This document shows positions 18,691-26,471 of a stretch of 64,000 nucleotides of DNA, one piece after another. How positions within the stretch are numbered: the first letter of the stretch is position 1; every line of letters begins with the position of its first letter. Both the position numbers and the translations under genes were made by a program. The DNA is taken from contig QEXY01000123.1 of NCBI GenBank assembly GCA_003130875.1, forward strand, positions 16,673 through 80,672. The letters are read 5' to 3'. The DNA is from Ardenticatenia bacterium. Lineage in GTDB: Bacteria > Chloroflexota > Anaerolineae > 4572-78 > NAK82. A model generated the notes under the pieces. The model saw nothing but the letters and a program-made list of their open reading frames with translations, ran no database searches and was not told the origin of the DNA.

Positions 18691-20064
18691 TTAACGATTG
18701 CGCGCCGCTGGGCTGTTCGGTGGATAGAGCACATAAGGATAGAACTGGTTGGCCGAGAAAACACGTTCTCCTAGCTCCGTGTTGATCACATCGTTGGTGA
18801 TCAGATAATAGTCGATAACTTGATCGCTGTGGTTGAAGACGCGCACATAGTAGGTGTCGCCGTCCACCACATCACCTGACCACAGTCGCTCGCCGGTCAG
18901 CGGATCCTTATCGCGTTCTACCCATTGACCCTGTCCCATGGGCACCATTGCATTCGGGGTGCCGCGCAGCCAGATGTGTAGCTGGCTGGCCGGGTAGATC
19001 TGAAAATTGATGTGATGGGAGCGGTTGCCGTCTGTCGGGGTAGCAAACATCGTGAGTGCCATATGCTCAAAACGCTGCTTGTCGAAATCCTGGCGGATGA
19101 AAGCATACCAGTGTTCACCGCCAGGGGCCAGGCGTCCTACATTGGCGCCATCGTGCAAGACCAGTGGTCGGTTGGGATACACGCTGGGGTACAACTCGGC
19201 TGGGGACAGGGCACGCTCCGCAGGCGCAGCTTCGGCAGACGGTTGGTTCGTCTCAGTGGGTGCATTCACCGCAGCGGGTGCTTCTTCAGGAGATGTCTTA
19301 GGAACGGTGGCAGCCGCATTACCGGGGAGCAAACCCGCTTGTTCGGCCAGTGCCAACCAGGCTACAGCCTCTTCAGGGGACATGCTCTGTATGGCAGCAA
19401 CGATCATACGGCGACGTGCCTCATCAGGCGAAGCAGCGGGCTTGAGCACTGCATCAGAAGTTGATGGGCCCATTCCGGAAACGGCTGGGGCATTCGCCTC
19501 GATGGACGCTGCCGCCGGCTGCACATACGGTTGTTCCCCGCCTGCCACAGCAGGTTCTGCGACCACGATCTGGGCTGGCTGGCTCATAGTCATCAAATGG
19601 TATTCCACCGGCGTGGCTGAGTTGTTAAACAGACGTACGTAATAGGTCTCTTCACGCAGCAAACTCCCCGTCCAAATCCGCTCCGCCGAATCCGGGTCGA
19701 AATCCGTGGTAGTGAAGATCCCTATGCCCAGGGCCGCATCAGAGCTGCCCTGTAGCCAACGCCCCAACTGTTCCTCAGTAAAGACCTGAAAGTTGACGTA
19801 GGGGGTGACGTCATGGCTGCCAGGCCGGTAGACCATGTTGAACACGACCAAGTGATCAGTATCCCGCTTCAACGAGGCCGAATTGACCTGATACCATTCT
19901 TGACCACCTGGTTGCAGCTGGCCGACGGTCAAACCATCGCCCAGGGGCCGTACGGAGAGCAGGACAGTGCGCGGTCGCGGACCGGCGTAGCTAGGGGAAA
20001 CAGTATAGATGAGAAATGTAACCACTAGTATCACCAGAGTTAGAAGCACCGCTTTTGTTTTCAT
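18691..20064 (-). CDS. Secreted hypothetical protein with two internally repeated beta-rich domains
   Basis: Signal peptide MKTKAVLL...SYA; repeat pairs GQLQPGGQEWY/GRLAPGGEHWY, NFQVF/NFQIY, ERIWTG/ERLWSG, TYYVRLFN/TYYVRVFN. Confidence 0.8.
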   Translation of the reverse strand: MKTKAVLLTLVILVVTFLIYTVSPSYAGPRPRTVLLSVRPLGDGLTVGQLQPGGQEWYQVNSASLKRDTDHLVVFNMVYRPGSHDVTPYVNFQVFTEEQLGRWLQGSSDAALGIGIFTTTDFDPDSAERIWTGSLLREETYYVRLFNNSATPVEYHLMTMSQPAQIVVAEPAVAGGEQPYVQPAAASIEANAPAVSGMGPSTSDAVLKPAASPDEARRRMIVAAIQSMSPEEAVAWLALAEQAGLLPGNAAATVPKTSPEEAPAAVNAPTETNQPSAEAAPAERALSPAELYPSVYPNRPLVLHDGANVGRLAPGGEHWYAFIRQDFDKQRFEHMALTMFATPTDGNRSHHINFQIYPASQLHIWLRGTPNAMVPMGQGQWVERDKDPLTGERLWSGDVVDGDTYYVRVFNHSDQVIDYYLITNDVINTELGERVFSANQFYPYVLYPPNSPAARNR

Positions 20065-20211
20065 CGTCCGGCATCCTTTCATTATTAGCTGGGATGCGGA
20101 GATGCGCACACTGTGCCTCGCTCCCCAGAGGTGTCAAGGGGTCTCGCGCATCTCCATATTTAGGATTATAGCAAGTTTACTGCCTCGTCGCAATGCCAAT
20201 TTGAGCCAGAT

Positions 20212-20892
20212 CAGGGCTTTTCCCTTTTCTTACTTTTGATGTGCCACCATTGTGGCAAACGGATGAAAGAGGGAAGTGAGCCGGATGACATCGCAGCGGG
20301 GTAAGCGTTTGCTGGACTATCTGCGCACGGTGCCCGACCTGCGCCGCCTGGTGGAACGGATGGTGAAAAAGGAGGCGGTGACCTCGGCTGGGTGAAGGGC
20401 TATCACGGGGCGGTGTATGCGGCGGTGCAGGAGTGGGTGACAGCCCACGCAGCGCGTGCGCCGGATGCCTCCAGGTGGCCAAGGGCACGGCCACGCGGAG
20501 CGCCGCGCGATCTGGGTGGTGGCGAGACGAGAATTGGGGGCGTATTGGGCGCAGGAATACGGCTGCCAGGGGTATGCTGGATTGCGGGTGGGCATCTGTC
20601 TGCGTGGGATGCACCCCAGGTGCTCGCGCAGCTGCGCGGCTATTGGGAGGTGGCGGAGCGGGTCTTTGGGGTGTGCGATGGGACCTACGGCGAGGATCGC
20701 GATCCCGCGCGCTGGACCGGTTTGGCGCTGAGCGGCCTGCGTATAGTCGCCCTCCATCTCGTCCGTCGTCTGGGGTTTTGCTTCATCCCGGATGGTCGGC
20801 GTGTGCTGGCGGCGCGTCCGGATCGGGGGTTGGGTCTGCTCCTTCACACGCTCGAGAAAACACTATTCACTATTATAGGAGTGAAAGTCCTG
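20212..20892 (+). mobile_element. Degenerate, internally deleted ISAs1-family insertion sequence (transposase pseudogene)
   Basis: LLDYLRTVPDLR (N-terminal), VKG, LRGYWEVAERVFGVCDGTYGEDR...LRIVALHLVR resemble ISAs1 RxHWxIEN...DVxFxED...LRxxALNL; possible ends CAGGGCTTTTCCC / AGTGAAAGTCCTG (9/13). Confidence 0.65.
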
Positions 20893-20983
20893 GCATTGGG
20901 GCTGACTGCGGAGAGCAGGTTTTCCGGCCTCGGACACCTTCGGTTGCACCTCTTGCGTTTCTGCTCACGTGTCCAGCGCGCCC

Positions 20984-22264
20984 TTATGCCGGACGTTCAT
21001 GCAGGTGGCGCGCCGCGACGAAAGCGAGTCCGTGCTCGGTGAGGGCACGCGCCGTGCGGTTGAGCGCATCGTGCTTATCCAGATAATTGCGCTCCAGGTG
21101 CGCCATGTCGCCGCTCGCTTCGATCTCCGCCTTGCCCCGGAAGTAGTCCAGGATATCCGAAGGATGGGCACGTGTCTGCTCCACTTCGGGATCGCCGCCT
21201 TCGTGCTTGGCGGCGATGTTCGGCACCCGCGCTGCCAGCTCCACCAGCTCGTCACGGCGCAGGTAGGGCTGACGCACGATGGATTTCCAGGTCTCGGTGA
21301 TGTGGTGCTCAAAGCGCACCAGATCTTCAAGGCCCAAGCTCTTGCGCACCTGTGCGGTGATCTCGATGGTCTGGTTGTTGACGCTGTTGCTCCAGTTGAA
21401 GCCGACCAGAGGCACGCTGCCATCCTCGCGGGCGAAAAGATGGGCGCCGATAAGCGTCCACAATGCCGCATAGGGGTTGTCGTTGCCCATAAAGACGGAG
21501 ATCTTGAACTCATTGTCAACGCCCAGCTTGTGCAGCAAATATCCCAGCAACACGGTGCCTGGGTTGATGTTAAGCACCTGCTTGATGCCGTAGGTGGTGT
21601 AATAATACAGATACTCATCCAGCCACTTCAGCGCATAATCGTTGGGCTGGCCCACGCCGCCGAAATAGCCGGTGATCGTCTCAGGCCCGCCCAGGTGGAT
21701 GTTGGCGCCGTCGGTGCCGCGCGTGTCCAGCGTCTCGACATAACTGGCGCCGATGATCTGCATAGCCGCAGCGACCGCCAGAATATCGCCGTTGTCGCGT
21801 TCTTGCTCTTTCATCTTACGCACGCGGATATAGCGTCCCGGCATCAGCTCACGTCGTTCGATCGCCTGCCGTGCCTCGCGGATCAGCCAGGGGAAGTATT
21901 GCAAAGCGCTGATCTCCAACACCACTGCCAGGCGGTCATCAAACGGCATCTGCTCTGCGCGCTCGCCCAGCACCGCGCGCCGGTATTCAGCCACGCTGAT
22001 GAAGGCGCCGCGGTCACGCTGCTCCATCAGCCAGAGGAGATCGTCCAGGTAAGGCGAACGGATCTCCTTCAAGCGCACCAGCAGATTGGGTAGCCGACGC
22101 GCCTCTTCCGCCTTGCGGTTGATCTCTTCCACTGAGCCATATTTTGCCACCACCGCAAGGAAGTCGTTGATGACCTGGCTTTGCGGGTCGAGCAGCAGGG
22201 CATTGATCGCCTCCAGCCGGTGCGCTGCGATGCGCAATCGCTCTCGAATCGCTTCGTCCATTTT
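20984..22264 (-). CDS. Hypothetical soluble protein of unknown function
   Basis: Long ORF with GC-rich third codon positions; SD GGAGGT before MDEA; co-oriented with dnaA. Confidence 0.8.
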   Translation of the reverse strand, partial: KMDEAIRERLRIAAHRLEAINALLLDPQSQVINDFLAVVAKYGSVEEINRKAEEARRLPNLLVRLKEIRSPYLDDLLWLMEQRDRGAFISVAEYRRAVLGERAEQMPFDDRLAVVLEISALQYFPWLIREARQAIERRELMPGRYIRVRKMKEQERDNGDILAVAAAMQIIGASYVETLDTRGTDGANIHLGGPETITGYFGGVGQPNDYALKWLDEYLYYYTTYGIKQVLNINPGTVLLGYLLHKLGVDNEFKISVFMGNDNPYAALWTLIGAHLFAREDGSVPLVGFNWSNSVNNQTIEITAQVRKSLGLEDLVRFEHHITETWKSIVRQPYLRRDELVELAARVPNIAAKHEGGDPEVEQTRAHPSDILDYFRGKAEIEASGDMAHLERNYLDKHDALNRTARALTEHGLAFVAARHLHERPA

Positions 22265-22325
22265 CTTGTGCACCTCCCAGAGGTATAGACCATCAGCGGA
22301 CGCGCGCAGCGCGGGCTAGGGGTTT

Positions 22326-23702
22326 CTAACGCTCACGATACAGGCGCTCGCGAATGCGCATGATGTCACGGCGCAGCGTATCCTTGCGCTCGATCTCGCA
22401 GGCGATCTTCTGCGCGCCGTGCAGGATAGTGGTGTGATCGCGCCCTCCCAATGCCTGACCGATTTCGGGCAGCGAGGCGCCGGCCTCCTGACGTGCCAGA
22501 TACATCACCATCTGACGTGGCACGACCACCTCTTTATGGCGGCTGGGGCCGAGCAGCTCTTCCCTTGAGATGCCATAATGGGCCGACACGACAGCGATGA
22601 TCTCATCTATGCTGACGCGTCGCCTGTGTTCTACCAGGTTGCTAAGAGCGCTTTGTGCCATCGCCAGAGTAATTTTCTCGCCGCTCAGCTGGGCGTGCGC
22701 CAAAACGCGGTTGAGAGCGCCCTCCAGCTCACGGATGTTGTTCTGCATCTGCCCGGCGATGAAATAGACCACATCATCGGGCAAGTGTGCTCCTTGTGCC
22801 TCCGCTTTGGCACGCAAGATGGCGATGCGCAGCTCCAGGTCGGGTGGCTGAATGTCGGCGATCAGCCCCCACTGGAAGCGCGAGGCCAGACGCTCTTCCA
22901 ACGTGGTGATCGCCTGCGGTGGCCGATCACTCGACATAACAATCTGCCGCCCGGAGGAGTGCAATGCATTGAAGGTGTGGAAAAATTCCTCTTGGGTGCT
23001 CTCCTTGCCGGCGATGAACTGGATGTCGTCCACCAGAAGAAAATCCGCGCTGCGATAACACTCGCGAAACGCCTCGGTAGAACGCGTGCGGATGGCGTTG
23101 ATCAGGTCGTTAGTGAAGGTTTCGGAAGATACATAGAGCACCCTCCGGCGGTGTTCCTGGGCGTAATTGCCGATCGCCTGGAGAAGATGGGTTTTGCCCA
23201 ACCCCACACCGCCGTAGATGAACAGGGGGTTATAAGCACGCGCGGGGTTTTCCGCCACTGCCAGACAGGCGGCATAAGCCAGACGGTTCGAGCTGCCCAC
23301 GATGAAACGGTCGAACGTGTAACGCCCATTAAGGGTAAAGCGTGATGGGTTACCGAAACCCGACGATGCCTCGGGCCTTGTGTTGGCGCTTCGTTCCTCG
23401 CCGTTGGGGGAATGCAATTCCAACATGGGCGGTTGCTGTGATGGGCGGAGTGGCTGTGCCTGTACCACAAAACGCACCTCGACCGATCGATTGAGGATGC
23501 CGGTCAACGTGCGCTTGATGACCCCCATCAGGCGGTTTTCCAGCCAGTCCTTAGCATAGCCGTTCTGCACACCGATGATGAAGGTGCCATCCTCGTAGGC
23601 AATGGCATGGGTTGGTTTGACCCAGGTATCGAAGGTAGCTTTGGTCATCTGCATTTGCAACTCGCCGAGAGCTGCTTGCCATACGGTCTGTGGGTTCACC
23701 AT
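22326..23702 (-). CDS. dnaA: Chromosomal replication initiator DnaA
   Basis: Domain I ATFDTW; YNPLFIYGGVGLGKTHL; LLVDDIQF, QEEFFHTFN, NIRELEGAL; domain IV GGRDHTT. Confidence 0.98.
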   Translation of the reverse strand: MVNPQTVWQAALGELQMQMTKATFDTWVKPTHAIAYEDGTFIIGVQNGYAKDWLENRLMGVIKRTLTGILNRSVEVRFVVQAQPLRPSQQPPMLELHSPNGEERSANTRPEASSGFGNPSRFTLNGRYTFDRFIVGSSNRLAYAACLAVAENPARAYNPLFIYGGVGLGKTHLLQAIGNYAQEHRRRVLYVSSETFTNDLINAIRTRSTEAFRECYRSADFLLVDDIQFIAGKESTQEEFFHTFNALHSSGRQIVMSSDRPPQAITTLEERLASRFQWGLIADIQPPDLELRIAILRAKAEAQGAHLPDDVVYFIAGQMQNNIRELEGALNRVLAHAQLSGEKITLAMAQSALSNLVEHRRRVSIDEIIAVVSAHYGISREELLGPSRHKEVVVPRQMVMYLARQEAGASLPEIGQALGGRDHTTILHGAQKIACEIERKDTLRRDIMRIRERLYRER

Positions 23703-23992
23703 ATGCCCAACCTGTCGGATGCATAAGAACCCCCTTCTGCCGCACCGGCGGATTAATGCGCCCCGCTACACCGTAGCCAACACGCCCACCGGTGGCAAAA
23801 GGGGGCAAAAGAGCTCTATGGAGTCATCACCATAGGACACTTGCCTGAACCGCTCGCTGTTTGACACTTAAAAACGGATGTCAGTTGGCCAAACACATAG
23901 GACAAGGCGCAGAAGTGACGTCACACCTTGAGGATTGACATCAGCCTTGCCCGTTTCGGAGTGCGGGTGAATGTAAGTACAACGCGATCCTC

Positions 23993-24021
23993 ATTTTAGC
24001 ACACGGGTGGGGCGGCGTCAA
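23993..24021 (-). promoter_or_regulatory. Probable dnaA promoter
   Basis: TTGACG, 17 bp spacer, TAAAAT with extended TG. Confidence 0.65.
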
Positions 24022-24101
24022 TGCCATTTTGTACCGTTTCAGGAAGGTGCAGCTCTAAATTTAAGGTTGCGCACGCTACGATAGCTTGCAGCGCAACAAG
24101 T

Positions 24102-24110
24102 TGTGGATAG
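24102..24110. promoter_or_regulatory. DnaA box (one mismatch)
   Basis: TGTGGATAG vs consensus TGTGGATAA, upstream of the dnaA promoter. Confidence 0.5.
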
Positions 24111-24251
24111 TCTGATCGCACAATCCCAGGGATAGAGGCGATAATACACGCCGTTGGGATTATGCAACAGGGCTTGGGGGCGGGTTTTAAGGTTATTATG
24201 GCAAATGGAAGCCATATGGCGTATAATAGCGAAGCGCTCGTGGAGGTGCAT

Positions 24252-24938
24252 ATGGCTGAGAAAATCTTGCTGGTGGAGGATGAAGCGCGTGTGGCCAGTG
24301 TGATCAGCCGCACGCTGCGCATGGAAGGCTATCAGGTCGAGGTGGCGCCCGATGGCGAGACCGCGCTCAGCAAGACCCTCAGCGCCCCACCTGATCTCAT
24401 TATCCTGGATCTGATGCTGCCCGACGTGGACGGGCTGGAGGTGTGTCGCCAGCTGCGCGCCGCCGGATTCAAAGAGCCCGTGTTGATGCTCACCGCGCGC
24501 GACGCCATCCCTGACCGCGTGGCCGGTCTGGACGCCGGCGCCGACGATTACCTGGTCAAGCCGTTCGACTTTGATGAGCTCCTGGCGCGCCTGCGCGCGT
24601 TGCTGCGCCGTGCAGCGCGTTCCGAGGTCAAAGGGCCGCTGCGCTTTGCCGACCTGGAGCTCGACCCGGTCACGCGACGCTGCACACGCGCTGGGCGTCC
24701 CATCCATCTCACCACGCGGGAGTTCGACATCCTGGAGCTCTTTATGCGTCATCCCAACCAGGTGTTGACGCGCGACCTCATTTACGATCGCATCTGGTCG
24801 TATGACTTCGCCGGCGAGTCAAACATCATCGATGTATACGTGCGCTACTTGCGCGCGAAAACCGAGGAGGGAGGTGGCTCGCGCCTGATCCACACGGTGC
24901 GCGGAGTGGGCTACGTGCTGCGTGAAGAGCCCTGGTGA
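24252..24938 (+). CDS. OmpR/PhoB-family response regulator (MprA-like)
   Basis: [32 protein letters not shown]; SD GGAGGTG. Confidence 0.95.
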   Translation: MAEKILLVEDEARVASVISRTLRMEGYQVEVAPDGETALSKTLSAPPDLIILDLMLPDVDGLEVCRQLRAAGFKEPVLMLTARDAIPDRVAGLDAGADDYLVKPFDFDELLARLRALLRRAARSEVKGPLRFADLELDPVTRRCTRAGRPIHLTTREFDILELFMRHPNQVLTRDLIYDRIWSYDFAGESNIIDVYVRYLRAKTEEGGGSRLIHTVRGVGYVLREEPW

Positions 24939-24944
24939 GCCATT

Positions 24945-26366
24945 ATGGCCGTTCGCACGCGGCTGACCGTTTGGTACACTATCGTGACGGCAGGCATCCT
25001 GGCGCTCTACCTGCTGCTCAGCTTGGCGTTGTTGCGCGCCCAGCTGCTCCGCCAGGTGGACCGTCAGCTGGCCGAGCATGCCAGAGAGGTACGCGATGCA
25101 TTGCTCCAACGCACTGACTTCCGGCAGGCAGTGGATGAAGGCCGCATCCAATTGCCTGCCGTGCCACCCGGTGCACCCCCGATCTATCTCCAGGTGGTGC
25201 GCGGCAACGAAAGCGTCGCGGCGCGTTCCCCCAACCTGATCGGCTGGCGCTTGCCCCTCGACATGGACCTGGTGGCGCTCAACGTACAAGGGCGCGCTGC
25301 CCACAAGACGCTCATCACGGAAGAAAGCACACCCTTACGCCTCTATAGCCTTCCCTTAATGGATTCCGGGCGGATGGTCGGTGCTGTGCAAGCAGGCTAT
25401 CCGTTGCTGGACATCGAACAGACACTCCAACGCACCTGGACGACCTTGGCGGTGGGAGGGATTCTGATGTTGCTGGTGTTGAGCTTGGCAGGCTGGTGGC
25501 TGGCGTCGCTGGCACTGCGCCCAGTGGATCATATCACGCGAGCGGCTCTGCAGATCGCCGACACGCCTGACTTGCGCCAGCGTCTGCCGCTCCCTCGAGT
25601 GCGCGATGAGACCTACCGCCTGGTGAGCACTTTCAACGCACTGTTGGACCGGCTGGCGCGCGTGATCGACGCCCAACAGCGCCTGGGGGCGGACGTCTCC
25701 CACGAGCTGCGCACGCCACTGACCACTATCCGGGGCAATGTGGCATTGCTGCGCCGCGGCGCTGCGGACGACCCGCAGGAACGGGAAATCGCCCTGGACG
25801 CTATCGAAGCAGAGGTGAACCGGATGAGCCGCCTGGTCGCCGACCTGCTCCTCCTGGCTCAGGCGGACACCGGCATGCAGCTGGAAAAGCAGCTGGTGGA
25901 GATGGATACACTTCTGCTCGAGGTCTATCGTCAGGCACAAGCAATGGCGGCGGTGGGCTCAGGCGGTGTGGAACGCGTAGCGGTGCGCCTGGGCCACGAG
26001 GATCAAGCGCTGGTGCTGGGCGACCCCGACCGGCTGCGTCAGTTGTTGCTCAATCTGGTGGATAACGCCATCAAGTACACGCCGCGCGGCGGGACAATCA
26101 CTCTGTCGCTCTACCGCGAGGGGGGATGGGTGCGCGTCAGCGTGCAGGACACCGGCGTGGGCATTCCACCGGAGGCACTGCCGCACATCTTCGAGCGCTT
26201 CTTCCGCATGCCGCGCCAGGGACGTAAGGGCGTCGGGTTGGGGTTGGCCATTGCGCGCTGGATCGCTGAAGCGCATGGCGGCCGCCTTGAGGTGGAGAGC
26301 CAGGTGGGGCAGGGTTCCACCTTCACCCTGTGGCTGCCGGAGGCAGAAGGTTTTGCGCCTTCCTAG
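24945..26366 (+). CDS. HAMP-domain sensor histidine kinase (HisKA)
   Basis: Two TMs; DVSHELRTPL, NLVDNAIKY, DTGVG, GLGLAI. Confidence 0.95.
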   Translation: MAVRTRLTVWYTIVTAGILALYLLLSLALLRAQLLRQVDRQLAEHAREVRDALLQRTDFRQAVDEGRIQLPAVPPGAPPIYLQVVRGNESVAARSPNLIGWRLPLDMDLVALNVQGRAAHKTLITEESTPLRLYSLPLMDSGRMVGAVQAGYPLLDIEQTLQRTWTTLAVGGILMLLVLSLAGWWLASLALRPVDHITRAALQIADTPDLRQRLPLPRVRDETYRLVSTFNALLDRLARVIDAQQRLGADVSHELRTPLTTIRGNVALLRRGAADDPQEREIALDAIEAEVNRMSRLVADLLLLAQADTGMQLEKQLVEMDTLLLEVYRQAQAMAAVGSGGVERVAVRLGHEDQALVLGDPDRLRQLLLNLVDNAIKYTPRGGTITLSLYREGGWVRVSVQDTGVGIPPEALPHIFERFFRMPRQGRKGVGLGLAIARWIAEAHGGRLEVESQVGQGSTFTLWLPEAEGFAPS

Positions 26367-26471
26367 GCACAAACCTTGGGGCGCTTTGATTTTCTGTCAA
26401 GTATGTGACATAATAGCATATGGGAATGGAATGGTTGCAGGCCGATGGTTGTTGCCTGAGGAGGGGGACAC

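Noticed and set aside
20969-22093. 374-aa plus-strand ORF
   Set aside because: Antisense shadow of the minus-strand gene in high-GC sequence
23703-24251. oriC call
   Set aside because: Only one near-consensus DnaA box and no clear AT-rich unwinding element; reported as a finding instead
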